Shown here piece by piece: positions 27,249-37,200 of a stretch of DNA of 64,000 bases (position 1 is its first letter; each line of letters opens with the position of its first letter). Origin of the DNA: Candidatus Tayloriibacteriota bacterium (GTDB taxonomy: Bacteria > Patescibacteriota > Minisyncoccia > Phycocordibacterales > UBA6065). The stretch lies in NCBI GenBank assembly GCA_016215405.1, contig JACRJQ010000008.1:25866-89865 (forward strand), given 5' to 3'. Below the pieces are notes generated by a model. That model saw only the letters and a list, made by a program, of their open reading frames with translations. It had not been told where the DNA came from and searched no databases. The position numbers and the translations under genes are program-made.

Positions 27249-28580
27249 TTAGTTAGCTTTCTTTGCTATGAATCCGGAACCGAAGAAGAACCTCGCGAGA
27301 GCGCCATCGCCCTTAGCGCCGACCGCCATGAGGATCGTCCTCGACGCGGTGAGCGCCGTGAACATAGAGACGACGACGCCGAGCCCGAAGACGAGAGCGA
27401 AGCCTTTTATCATGGGCGTCGAGGCAAAATAGTAGAGGATCACCGCGGTTATTATCGAAGAGAGGTTGGAATCACGGATAGAGAGCCATGCTCGATGGAA
27501 GCCCTCCTTGATCGCGTCAGGGAGAGAAAGGCCCTTCTTAAGCTCTTCCTTCATTCGCTCGAAGATGAGTATGTTCGCATCGACCGCCATGCCGAGGGTA
27601 AGGATGAAGCCTGCGATGCCTGCGGCGGTAAGAGTAACCGGGATGAGCTTGAAGAGGGCGAGGTTAAGGGCTACGTATATGGAGAGCGCGAGCGCCGCGA
27701 CGAGTCCGGGCACGCGGTACCAAACGACGAGGAACACAGAGACGGCGATAAAGGCGATGAGTCCGGCGAAGAGCGACGCCTCGAGGGCGTCTTTGCCCAA
27801 GGTCGCGCCCACGGTCTGGGTAGAAGCGAGCGACACCGGAACGGGAAGGGCTCCGTAGTTGAGGTCGCGCACGAGGCTGCGAGCCTCTTCTACCTTGAAG
27901 GAGCCGTTGATAACGGCCTGTCCGCTCTCGATCGAGCTCTCGATGACCGGCATGGATATCGGCGCCCCATCGAGGAATATCGCAAGGACCTTCCCGACAT
28001 TCTCCTTGGTGATCTTGGCGAAGAGGTCCGCTCCCTCCTTATTGAACTCTATGCCCACGCGCGGCGCATAGGTCGTCTGGTCGAATTCGAGGCGGGCTCG
28101 AGAGAGGTACCTGCCCGTAAGGCCGGTCGTGACGAATATATCGTCATAGGTCGCGGAGAGCCTCTCTGCATCCGTAAGGTTCTCGGAGCCCGGCTTTACG
28201 AGCCTGAAATCGAGGGTCGGGGTCTTGCCTATCATGTCTACCGCGGTCTTCACATCGGTGACGCCCGGGAGCTCGACGATGAGCCTATGGACCGTATTGC
28301 CGACGGTGCCGCCGGTCTCTACCTGTACCAGGGGCTCCGAGACGCCGAAGAGGTTTACGCGGCGTTCGACGACGTCGGCGAGAGACTGCATAGCGTCTTT
28401 CGCCTCGCTCTCGCCGAGCTTCGAGGTATCGGCGTCAAAGACGAGATGGGTCCCGCCCGAAAGATCGAGGCCGAGGCGGTATGGGAAGCGAGAATCCTCG
28501 CCCGCCTTATCGTAGGTAAAGTATCCGACGGCTGCCGCGAGTGCGATAAGGACCAGGGCAGAGATTCTTTTTTTCCACAT
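27249..28580 (-). CDS. secD: Protein-export membrane protein SecD.
   Basis: RLGLDLSGGTHLVFDADT..., periplasmic domain, then C-terminal 6-TM core. Confidence 0.85.
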   Translation of the reverse strand: MWKKRISALVLIALAAAVGYFTYDKAGEDSRFPYRLGLDLSGGTHLVFDADTSKLGESEAKDAMQSLADVVERRVNLFGVSEPLVQVETGGTVGNTVHRLIVELPGVTDVKTAVDMIGKTPTLDFRLVKPGSENLTDAERLSATYDDIFVTTGLTGRYLSRARLEFDQTTYAPRVGIEFNKEGADLFAKITKENVGKVLAIFLDGAPISMPVIESSIESGQAVINGSFKVEEARSLVRDLNYGALPVPVSLASTQTVGATLGKDALEASLFAGLIAFIAVSVFLVVWYRVPGLVAALALSIYVALNLALFKLIPVTLTAAGIAGFILTLGMAVDANILIFERMKEELKKGLSLPDAIKEGFHRAWLSIRDSNLSSIITAVILYYFASTPMIKGFALVFGLGVVVSMFTALTASRTILMAVGAKGDGALARFFFGSGFIAKKAN

Positions 28581-28678
28581 AATCGTTACGGTGTTTGTAA
28601 TGTAGGGCTATACTAGCCCCTTTTTCCCTATTTTGCAAAAGAAGATCCGCAGGCACGACGCCCGCGGATCCTTCGAAG

Positions 28679-29506
28679 CTACGCCTGCCTCGACCGTATC
28701 TCTTCGTTCACCTTAAGGACCGCCTCGAGGAGCCTCGGCCTGTATCCCGCCTTCGCCGAAGCTTTGACTATGGCGTTCACGTCCTTAGGCAGGCATTTGC
28801 CGCCAAATCCCCTGTCGTCCTCATAGACGAGAGTATGTGACCGGCTGTTGCGCCCGTCTAAGAGCCAGAGCTCGCGGAGCTCGTCGTAATCGACGCCGAG
28901 GGTCTCGGCGATGTTGTAGAACTCGTTGCAGAACGTTACATTCGTAGCAAGAAAGCTGTTCTCCATGTATTTCACGAGCTCCGCGGTCGTGCTGTCTGTT
29001 ATCTCATAGACGACGTCTGCGCCGAGGACGCGCTTGAAAAAACCCAATATCTTACGGGCGTAGGACCGCTCGCCGCCGATGATGACGAAGCTATGGAGCT
29101 TCATGTCGGTCGGATGGGGATGCCCCTTCCAGAAGGGCACGCTGTAATTGCCCTCCCCTATATATTCCGGAGAGAACGCTATCTTCCTCTTGTGCTTCTT
29201 GGAGAGGGCCTCTGTGGTTCCCGGCGGGATCGTGCTCTTTATGAGGACGAGCGGGACGGAAAGCCATGCAAAGGTGTCGTCTATCGCGGAGAGGTCAGCC
29301 GATCCATCCTTTCCCATAGGCGTAGGGACGCAGACCACGGCGAGCTCCGCCCTTTTATTTATCTCCTGCTTCGAAGCCGAGATGCCAGGAGAAGCAACGT
29401 CGTAGATAAGGACTTCGAAGTGGTCCTTAAAGAACCTCTCGACTGCCTTGCCGACGTAACCGTGGCCTATGACGGCCACAGCCTTCCTCCTCGTCTCTGT
29501 TTTCAT
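28679..29506 (-). CDS. Nucleotide-sugar dehydrogenase (UDP-glucose/GDP-mannose dehydrogenase family), short form of 275 aa.
   Basis: AVIGHGYVGKAV Rossmann motif and central-domain motifs (GFGGKCLPKD). Canonical members are ~390-440 aa, so the C-terminal domain appears absent. Confidence 0.65.
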   Translation of the reverse strand: MKTETRRKAVAVIGHGYVGKAVERFFKDHFEVLIYDVASPGISASKQEINKRAELAVVCVPTPMGKDGSADLSAIDDTFAWLSVPLVLIKSTIPPGTTEALSKKHKRKIAFSPEYIGEGNYSVPFWKGHPHPTDMKLHSFVIIGGERSYARKILGFFKRVLGADVVYEITDSTTAELVKYMENSFLATNVTFCNEFYNIAETLGVDYDELRELWLLDGRNSRSHTLVYEDDRGFGGKCLPKDVNAIVKASAKAGYRPRLLEAVLKVNEEIRSRQA

Positions 29507-29564
29507 GATCGTAGATAGGGCTATGGATAATGCCTTCCCTACAACCCTTCGGACGAAAGGAAGG

Positions 29565-30521
29565 TTACGCCTGCCCGACCTTGCCTTCGATCTTCTCTCT
29601 ATACCAAGCGACTTCGCGGCGCAGACCCTCTTCAGGCGAGACCTTCGGATCGTAACCGAGGATCCTTCGCGCCTTGTCTATGCGAGCGGAAGTCTCGATC
29701 TGATCCCCTGCCCTGCGAGGCATCCTCTTGAAGGCGATCTTCTTGTCTATTATCCGCTCTATGAGAGCGAGACCTTCCCCGGTCGTGATCGTCTTATCGC
29801 TTCCTATATTGAATATCTCTCCTCGGACGAGGGCGGCTTTGGCGAGGACGATCGAGCAGGCATCCACCACGTCAGAGACATGGGTATAGCTCCTTATATG
29901 GCGCTCGGAGCCGTCGTAAAGGGTGAGCGGCTCGCCGCGGAGGACGTTTCGTATGACCTTATGATAGAGCTTTTCCGGACGCTCTCTCTCCCCGTACACG
30001 GAAAAGAGGCGCAAGACAGCGACTGGGAGGCCCTTGTCGCGAAAATAGGAAAGGGCGAGCTGCTCGGACGCGAGCTTGGTGACGCCGTAGTGCGAGGTAG
30101 GCTTCGGCTCCGTGGCCTCGTCCGAATCGGCCTTCGCGCCATAGACGGAAGAAGTCGAGATGTGCACGAAGATCCTAAGAGACGGGACCTTGCCCGCCGC
30201 CTCGAGGAGCCTGTGCGTGGCGATTATATTGTTCTTCACATACGCCTCGAACGCCGTCGAGGCAGATATGCCCGGCTGCGCGGCGAAATGGTATATAGCC
30301 TCGACCCCTTCGAGCGCGAAGGCGAGGTCGTCCGACGAGAGATCGAGGCGCACGACCTCTATCCCCGACCTCCCCAGGTCGGCTATGGTTATCTCCTTTA
30401 TCTTCGGCGAATAGTAATCCGTGACGGCATCAAGGCCCAGGACGTCGTGCCCCGCCCTTTTGAAAGCCTCGGCGACGTGGGAGCCGATAGCGCCCGCGGC
30501 GCCTGTCACTAGGATCTTCAT
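29565..30521 (-). CDS. NAD-dependent epimerase/dehydratase (UDP-sugar 4-epimerase / UDP-glucuronate decarboxylase-like SDR).
   Basis: MKILVTGAAGAIGSHV...YGVTKLASEQ (YxxxK). Confidence 0.8.
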   Translation of the reverse strand: MKILVTGAAGAIGSHVAEAFKRAGHDVLGLDAVTDYYSPKIKEITIADLGRSGIEVVRLDLSSDDLAFALEGVEAIYHFAAQPGISASTAFEAYVKNNIIATHRLLEAAGKVPSLRIFVHISTSSVYGAKADSDEATEPKPTSHYGVTKLASEQLALSYFRDKGLPVAVLRLFSVYGERERPEKLYHKVIRNVLRGEPLTLYDGSERHIRSYTHVSDVVDACSIVLAKAALVRGEIFNIGSDKTITTGEGLALIERIIDKKIAFKRMPRRAGDQIETSARIDKARRILGYDPKVSPEEGLRREVAWYREKIEGKVGQA

Positions 30522-30523
30522 GG

Positions 30524-31576
30524 CTATCGCACGAACTCCATATACCTCCCCTCCTTCTTCACGAACGCCTCTTTAGGCTGGAACTTGTATCTGTATCCGT
30601 ACATCTCGGTGATCTTCGAACCGTCGACGGCTATAGGGTATGAGTAGGATTTCCAACCTCCTTTCGAGGTCGGGACCTTACCGCGCGACGCATGCCACAT
30701 AAAGAAGAACACTATGCGGATGAGATACGGATGGATAGGAACGGCTTTCTTGCCTACCGCTTCCGCCATATCGCGACCGCGCACCGATGGCCCCGGAGGG
30801 CATATGTTGAAGGCCTCGTACTCGCCCTTAAGGTCCTTAAACGAGAGCAGTGCGACTATGTCGACGACGTCGTCTTCGTGGATGAATTGGCGTAGCCACT
30901 TCTTGGTGACCGGGACGAACGAGACCATCGCCGAGACGAGCCGATGTATGAAATTCTCCTTGAGCTGTCCGGAGAGCGCCGCTTGAAGGCCGAAGCGTAT
31001 CCTCATATACCTGCCGCGAGGACCCGTTATCGCCGCAGGCCGAACGACGAACACTTGAGGAACGCCTCCCCTCTTCTTCGCCTCCGCATACTTCGCCTCG
31101 AGACGCTCTTCGACTATCCTCTTCTCTTCCGCATAGAGATAGTCGGTCTTCCTGAATCCTTCGGATTCCTTGAAAAGATGGTCGACTTCGTTGTCTGGGA
31201 ACGCGCCGTACGAGGCGACGGTCGAGAAATGCACCAGCTTCTGCACGGAAGGAGCCGACAAGGCGAAATCGAACACGGCGTCGGAGCCGTCGACGTTCCA
31301 TTTCCACTGGATGTCCTTCTTCCCGTACATCTCGCGGATCTGCCAGGCGGTATGGATGACGATGTCAGGAGCGAACTCCCTCGCTCGGCCGACCCACTTA
31401 TCGGCCTCGCAGAGGTTCGCCTGGACGAACGACACCTTCTCCTCCCCGGCATAGAGCTCGGAGGCAGGCTCTTTGTCTATCGCGAGTATCCCTTCGACGT
31501 CCTTTCGGGCAGAAAACTCCCGGACGAGCATCGCGCCGACGTACCCCGAGCCTCCCGTTATGAGTATCCTGTGCAT
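30524..31576 (-). CDS. NAD-dependent epimerase/dehydratase family protein (extended SDR).
   Basis: ILITGGSGYVGAML...YLYAEEK. Confidence 0.7.
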   Translation of the reverse strand: MHRILITGGSGYVGAMLVREFSARKDVEGILAIDKEPASELYAGEEKVSFVQANLCEADKWVGRAREFAPDIVIHTAWQIREMYGKKDIQWKWNVDGSDAVFDFALSAPSVQKLVHFSTVASYGAFPDNEVDHLFKESEGFRKTDYLYAEEKRIVEERLEAKYAEAKKRGGVPQVFVVRPAAITGPRGRYMRIRFGLQAALSGQLKENFIHRLVSAMVSFVPVTKKWLRQFIHEDDVVDIVALLSFKDLKGEYEAFNICPPGPSVRGRDMAEAVGKKAVPIHPYLIRIVFFFMWHASRGKVPTSKGGWKSYSYPIAVDGSKITEMYGYRYKFQPKEAFVKKEGRYMEFVR

Positions 31577-31584
31577 GTGATTTT

Positions 31585-32949
31585 CTATTTTCCTCCCCTC
31601 GAAGCGAGGGTCGCTATGGTCTGAAGCGCTATCTTGAGATCGAGCATGAGCGACCTGTTCTTAATGTAATAAAAATCGTAGGCGAGCCTTGTCTTTGTCT
31701 CTTCGAGCGACTGGGGCGGGAGCTCCTGCCTGATCTGCGCCCAGCCCGAGAGTCCCGGCTTTATGATGGTTCTCATAGTGTAATACGGTATCTCTCGAGA
31801 TAGTTTCATGCCCAAGTCGTATATGTCCGGGCGAGGGCCTACGAGCGAGAGGTCTCCTTTGACGACGGAGAAGAGCTGCGGCAGCTCGTCGATGCGCGAT
31901 CTCCTCAGGAGCTTGCCCACGCGGGTTATCCTGTCGTCGTTCTCTTTGACCCAGGCGCCTTTATCGCTTCGCCTCATGCTTCGGAACTTCGGTATGCGTA
32001 TGACCTGGTTATCTTTGCCCACCCGCTCCTGGACGATGAAGACCGGCCCGCCGTCATCGAGCTTTATAGCTATATAGACGAACGGGTAGAGGACGAGAGA
32101 GGCGAGCCCCAAGGCGAGGGCGATCCCGAAGTCCATGAGCCTCTTCGTGACGTCGTAGACGCGCTTCGGATATGCCGATATGTTCTCCACGAACCAGCCG
32201 TGGGAGAGGAGCGAGAGCGCGACGCGGCCGAACACCCCCTCATAGACCTGATGCATGTCCATGAAACGCGCGCGCGACAGGAGGAGGTTATAGAGGTCAG
32301 GAAGGACTGAGCGGGTCTTCTCGTTATAGAGGTCGATGACGACGATAGGCCGGCTCTCGGACGATATCTTAGAAAGGAAATCCCTTTTGAACGAATCGGG
32401 GGTGAGGGCGTCGAGATCGGCCGAAGAGGAGAACGTGAAGTGGTAGTGAGGATTAGCGTTCACCTCCCTCTCGAGCTCCCTCATCTCCGCCCCGCTGCCC
32501 ACGAGGACGGCGTCCGCCCGCCTTTCGATCCGGATCGACCTGAAGATTCCTGCTCGCCAGAGGAGGATGAAGAGCGTCGAGACGGCGAAATAGAGGAAGA
32601 GGTTCGTCTTCGGCGCGATCGTGCCGGTGAGGTCGGAAGCGATCTCCGAGAACGGGGCGAAATAGAAGAAGCCGACGGCGATCGCGGCGTTCACGAGCTG
32701 GACGTTAAGGAAGATGGGCGGGATCGCGCTCCTGAAGAGGCCAGCGCTCCTCTCGTAGAGCCCGGCTATGAAATAGACCGCTATCCAGATGAGGAAGAGA
32801 TAGGAGAAAGGATAGAGATGCTCGTAAAAGAGGCTCGCGTCGGGTACGGAGAGGTATCGGATGGCGAGAGTCGCCCAAAGGGCGAAGACGAACGCCGCCA
32901 CGTCGCCGATAAGCAGTATCACGGGCGTTTTTCGGCTCAAGATAGGCAT
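31585..32949 (-). CDS. Polyprenyl glycosylphosphotransferase (bacterial sugar transferase, WbaP/CpsE-like), initiating enzyme of polysaccharide synthesis.
   Basis: C-terminal ELPQLFSVVKGDLSLVGPRP. N-terminal TM helices. Confidence 0.85.
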   Translation of the reverse strand: MPILSRKTPVILLIGDVAAFVFALWATLAIRYLSVPDASLFYEHLYPFSYLFLIWIAVYFIAGLYERSAGLFRSAIPPIFLNVQLVNAAIAVGFFYFAPFSEIASDLTGTIAPKTNLFLYFAVSTLFILLWRAGIFRSIRIERRADAVLVGSGAEMRELEREVNANPHYHFTFSSSADLDALTPDSFKRDFLSKISSESRPIVVIDLYNEKTRSVLPDLYNLLLSRARFMDMHQVYEGVFGRVALSLLSHGWFVENISAYPKRVYDVTKRLMDFGIALALGLASLVLYPFVYIAIKLDDGGPVFIVQERVGKDNQVIRIPKFRSMRRSDKGAWVKENDDRITRVGKLLRRSRIDELPQLFSVVKGDLSLVGPRPDIYDLGMKLSREIPYYTMRTIIKPGLSGWAQIRQELPPQSLEETKTRLAYDFYYIKNRSLMLDLKIALQTIATLASRGGK

Positions 32950-33017
32950 ATAGTAGGTACAATATTACAAGAAAACAGCGAGGTTACAAGGCGAATCTGA
33001 GATATAATCTAGAGGCT

Positions 33018-34142
33018 ATGGAGACCGCAGCGCGCAAGAAACTCCTCATACTCATAACGAAATCGAACTTCGGGGGCGCTCAGCGCTACGTTTTCGATCT
33101 GGCGAGGTCGCTTAAAGGAAGATACGACGTCACGGTAGCCCTCGGAGGCGACGGGATGCTCAAAGCGAAGCTCGAAGAGGCGGGGATTCGCGTCGTATCC
33201 ATCCCCTATCTGGCGAAGAGCGTAAACCCGTTGAAGGACGCTCTCGTGTTCTTCTGGCTCTGGAAGACGCTTAAGCGGGACAGGCCGGATATCGTTCATG
33301 TGAATAGTTCGAAGATCGGCGGCGCCGGTGCCTTCGTCGCGAGGATGATAGGGATAGACAAGGTGGTCTTCACCGCTCACGCATGGGCGTTCAACGAAGA
33401 CAGGAGCGCTATCGCGAAAGGCCTTATCGCGTTCCTTCACTGGCTCACGGTGATGCTCTCTCATAAGACCATCGCCGTCTCTGGCGCGGTAAAGAGACAG
33501 ATATCCCACCTTCCCTTCATGGACTCGAAGATAGAGGTCGTCCACCTCGGGCTCGAGCCCGTGGAGGCTTTCTCCCGCAAGGACGCGCGCAAGCTTTTGG
33601 AGATAAAAGAGAAGGAGTTCGCCATAGGGACGATAGCCGAGCTTCATCCTATAAAAGGGCTCAACTACGCCCTAGAATCGCTTTCCACGGCGCCCTTCGA
33701 TTTCTCTTACACCATAATCGGCGAAGGGGACGCCCGAAAGAGCCTCGAAAAAACGATAGCTGCCGCGCCCAAGCTCGCAGGCCGCGTCAGGCTCGCGGGA
33801 TTCCTCCCCGACGCGCCGAAGCTCCTCCCCGCTTTCGACATATTCCTCCTGCCCTCCCTTTCCGAGGCGTTCGGCTATGTCCTCTTGGAAGCCGGACACG
33901 CGCGGCTCCCTGTGATAGCGTCATCGGTGGGAGGCATCCCTGAGATCATCGAGGACATGAAGTCCGGCATCCTCATCCATCCAAAGAATCCGAAAGAGAT
34001 CGAACGGGCCATAGCCCACCTCTACGAGGACGAGGTGACGAGAGACAACCTCGCATTCACGCTCATGAACAAGGTAAAGAAGGAATTCTCCCTACAAAAG
34101 ATGGTGGAAGGGACGGTGGCGGTTTACGAAACTGCAAAATAA
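33018..34142 (+). CDS. Family 4 glycosyltransferase (GT-B, group 1).
   Basis: FGGAQRYVFDLARSL...EAFGYVLLEAGHARLPVIASSVGGIPEII. Confidence 0.8.
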   Translation: METAARKKLLILITKSNFGGAQRYVFDLARSLKGRYDVTVALGGDGMLKAKLEEAGIRVVSIPYLAKSVNPLKDALVFFWLWKTLKRDRPDIVHVNSSKIGGAGAFVARMIGIDKVVFTAHAWAFNEDRSAIAKGLIAFLHWLTVMLSHKTIAVSGAVKRQISHLPFMDSKIEVVHLGLEPVEAFSRKDARKLLEIKEKEFAIGTIAELHPIKGLNYALESLSTAPFDFSYTIIGEGDARKSLEKTIAAAPKLAGRVRLAGFLPDAPKLLPAFDIFLLPSLSEAFGYVLLEAGHARLPVIASSVGGIPEIIEDMKSGILIHPKNPKEIERAIAHLYEDEVTRDNLAFTLMNKVKKEFSLQKMVEGTVAVYETAK

Positions 34143-34249
34143 GCTACTCGCGATTTCTAGACTGGTCTTTGAAATTTTTCTTTTAGCCCTTTCCTTTGTC
34201 GGGCACAGATAATCCCAACAAGGGAAATGGACGGAGGTTGAGAGAGGAA

Positions 34250-34290
34250 ATAGCCCGATTCGCGAAGCGAACCGGGCTATTTTCCCTCTT
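34250..34290 (+). terminator. Rho-independent terminator after the GT4 gene.
   Basis: aaatagcccgattcgcgaagcgaaccgggctattttccctctt. Confidence 0.5.
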
Positions 34291-34294
34291 AATA

Positions 34295-34391
34295 CCCCGC
34301 CGAGCCCGCGTTCTTCTGAGCGAGGACTGTCTGAGCCTGAATCTATGAGGGCGAGTTCCGCAGCGAGGAAAATGCGGATCGGCTAAAAGAA
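34295..34391 (+). repeat. Copy C of the ~95-nt conserved intergenic element.
   Basis: ccccgccgagcccgcgttcttctgagcgaggactgtctgagcc...gagggcgagttccgcagcgaggaaaatgcggatcggctaaaagaa aligns with copies A and B. Confidence 0.55.
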
Positions 34392-34447
34392 AAACTATAG
34401 GATGCAGCGCGGACGCATCGCCCCCAAAGCAACTATGGTCGTTTTGC

Positions 34448-35593
34448 CTAAATACCCAAAAACTCGTTCTTCGTCTCTTCCCTATGCGCGTCGCGCATGT
34501 AGCGGCGATGGGATTCGAGGATGCCCAGGGCGAAGAACGCCGTGAGAAGATGCGAGCCTCCGTAAGATACGAACGGCAGAGTGATCCCCGTCACCGGCAG
34601 AAGCCCCATATTCATGCCGACGTTTACGAGGAAATGGCTCATAAAAAGAGTCGCGAGTCCGAGGCCGTAGAGTATCTCGAAATTAGTAGCTCCCCGCCAT
34701 GAATTCGCGATGATCCGCCAGATAAGGAGCGCGAAAACGGCGAAGAACAGGATCACCCCTGCGAATCCCCACTCTTCCGCGAACGCGGCGAAGACGAAGT
34801 CCGTCTGGTATTCCGGAAGGAACTTGAGCTTCGATTGCGTGCCGTATCCTATCCCTTTCCCCCATATCTCCCCCGACCCGACAGCGACCATCGATTGATA
34901 GGCGTTATATCCCGCTCCGCGCACGTCCGAGAGCGGATGGATGAAGGAAACGATGCGGGCCTTCTGATAATCCTTGAAACCGAAGCTCCAAAGCAGCGCG
35001 AACGCTACGGCGCCGCAAGCGATAAGGGTGAAAAGGTGCCTCTTGGAGAGCCCTGAGACGAGCGTCATGCCAAGCCAGACGAGAGCTATGATGACGGCGC
35101 TGCCGAAATCCGGCTGCAAAGCCACGAGAAAGAAGAGGATCGCCGCGTATACCCCAGAGACGATTATATGGCGGATATTGGCTATCTCGATGTGCCTTTT
35201 CGAGAAATATTTCGCGAGGATGAGGATGAGGAGGACCTTCGCGAAATCGGTGGGCTGAAACGATACGGATCCGAACTGTATCCAGCTCTGCGCTCCCTTT
35301 ACTTCGGCTCCGAGGAGAAGGAGGCCGGAAAGAAGGAGTATCATGAGGCCGAAGAGAAGGACGAGGACTTGGGTCCTTTTAAGGAAAGACCAGTCGATGA
35401 ACGACGCCGCGAAGAACGTCGCGACAGAGACGCAGAGCCACATGACCTGCCTCGCGAAATAGGGGTCGTCCCCGACGAACGAATTCATCGTGACGAGCCC
35501 GAAGAGGACGAGCACGACGGCCGACCCGAGCATCACCCAGTCTATGCGGAACCGCGCGAAAGACGCGGCGGCCTTTTGTATCATTTCGGACAT
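34448..35593 (-). CDS. SEDS-family peptidoglycan glycosyltransferase (RodA/FtsW).
   Basis: 381 aa, 10 TM helices. QPDFGSAVII, FAAFAEEWGFAG, LPFVSYGGSHL. Confidence 0.85.
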   Translation of the reverse strand: MSEMIQKAAASFARFRIDWVMLGSAVVLVLFGLVTMNSFVGDDPYFARQVMWLCVSVATFFAASFIDWSFLKRTQVLVLLFGLMILLLSGLLLLGAEVKGAQSWIQFGSVSFQPTDFAKVLLILILAKYFSKRHIEIANIRHIIVSGVYAAILFFLVALQPDFGSAVIIALVWLGMTLVSGLSKRHLFTLIACGAVAFALLWSFGFKDYQKARIVSFIHPLSDVRGAGYNAYQSMVAVGSGEIWGKGIGYGTQSKLKFLPEYQTDFVFAAFAEEWGFAGVILFFAVFALLIWRIIANSWRGATNFEILYGLGLATLFMSHFLVNVGMNMGLLPVTGITLPFVSYGGSHLLTAFFALGILESHRRYMRDAHREETKNEFLGI

Positions 35594-35599
35594 TGGGTT

Positions 35600-36355
35600 C
35601 TATGGCTTTTCTACGAAGAGGACCTCTTTGCGCACGACTGGGCGAGAGAACTTCTCAGGCCATGTGAAATAAAGGGTCGTGGTCTCGCCGGGAAGGAGGG
35701 ATTCGACGACGGTCTTCGAGAACGCGATCCTATTGTCTTCGTCGTCATAGAGCACTATGAACACGTCGACGTCGCGCGATGCCCTGTCGACCGATTCGTT
35801 CTTGACCCTCGCTTCCGCTTTCGGCGAACCGTCATCCGCCAGGTCGACGGAGAGGGCGCGGAGCTTGGCGAGGCTCATCCCCGGCCTCCAACCCGGGACG
35901 CCGGTGAACTCGAAGGTCGTCCTCACAGGGAACCGCTCGCCCGTCTCGATCGTGCCCTCGAACACCGCGAACCTCTGTCCAGCGGGTATGAAGCTCTTCC
36001 CTTTCCTCTCGGCGACGAGTATCCCGTCGCCGTCATAGAGCTTGAACGTATACGAGATCGACCCCGCCTCGACAGTCGGGTTCGGATTCTCTATATAGGC
36101 GAGAGAGTTGTAGATCCCAGGGACGACGCGCACCGAATGGCTCCAGAGGACCTTCGGCATGGCGAAATCGGCCGGACAGAGCTTCGTGCAAGCCCCGCCG
36201 CAATCGACGCCTCTCTCCTCTCCGTTCTGCTTGCCGTCAGAGCAGGTAGGCGCCTTGTAGAGAGCGAGGAACGTAGGCAGTCCGACTGCGAGCGCGAAAA
36301 AGACGAGAAAGCCGAAGAAGAATCCTGTTTTCCTGCGAGTAGACCACGATGCCAT
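35600..36355 (-). CDS. Membrane-anchored hypothetical protein upstream of, and co-transcribed with, rodA/ftsW.
   Basis: N-terminal TM helix, Cys-rich segment CSDGKQNGEERGVDCGGACTKLCP, beta-rich C-terminal domain. Confidence 0.45.
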   Translation of the reverse strand: MASWSTRRKTGFFFGFLVFFALAVGLPTFLALYKAPTCSDGKQNGEERGVDCGGACTKLCPADFAMPKVLWSHSVRVVPGIYNSLAYIENPNPTVEAGSISYTFKLYDGDGILVAERKGKSFIPAGQRFAVFEGTIETGERFPVRTTFEFTGVPGWRPGMSLAKLRALSVDLADDGSPKAEARVKNESVDRASRDVDVFIVLYDDEDNRIAFSKTVVESLLPGETTTLYFTWPEKFSRPVVRKEVLFVEKP

Positions 36356-36420
36356 GGGGACATTATAGCAAATCAGGCGAAGAAAAAGCCGCTCCTTTCG
36401 GAGCGGCTTTTTCGATTGAA

Positions 36421-36543
<123 letters not shown>

Positions 36544-36742
36544 CTCAATCCTCGCTATTTGAAACACAACAGATAAATATGAATTCTGAGAAAAGACAGT
36601 AAGCCTGAGCTTCCTGTGATTTCTAAATTTCCTAATAAGATCGGGTAATTAGTACTTCTCGGCTTAACACATTACTGTGCTTACACCTAAAGCCTATCAA
36701 CCTAGTAGTCTTCTAGGGCCCTCAAACGATTCCTTATCTTGG

Positions 36743-36785
<43 letters not shown>

Positions 36786-36921
36786 GACATAGCTACTCTG
36801 CGTTGCCACGGGCGTGACAGCAGATAGACCAGCGGTCCGTTCACTTCGGTCCTCTCGTACTAGAAGCAAAGCTCCTCAAGAATCAACGCCTGCAGTAGAT
36901 AGGAGACCAACCTGTCTCACG

Positions 36922-37200
36922 CTTCTTTTCGCATGTTGCCATGCGGAATGGACTATATCTTCATCCTTATTTATTTATTCATAAGGAGATCAACGTGTAG
37001 TCTCTACGGACGGGAACCCGCGCTCCCTTTCCTCGGTATTGCCCCCAATCATCTCCATTGTGGGTTTTACCGATATTAGTTGATGACGTACATGAAAGTT
37101 GCCCTTCATGACCGCCGTGATTGGTTGTGTCTCGTTTGTTTGTCCTTGATGTCCGAGGGATTCAGACTGTAGAGCCTATAATCTTTCGATTATGTTCTCC
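36922..37200 (-). other. ~280-nt ORF-less insertion (putative group I intron) in 23S at the E. coli ~2593 (I-CreI) site.
   Basis: It interrupts the conserved gctgggttcagaacgt|cgtgagacagg. The exon sequence resumes precisely on both sides. Confidence 0.55.

Noticed and set aside
27228-28616. 462-aa plus-strand ORF.
   Set aside because: It is antisense to secD.
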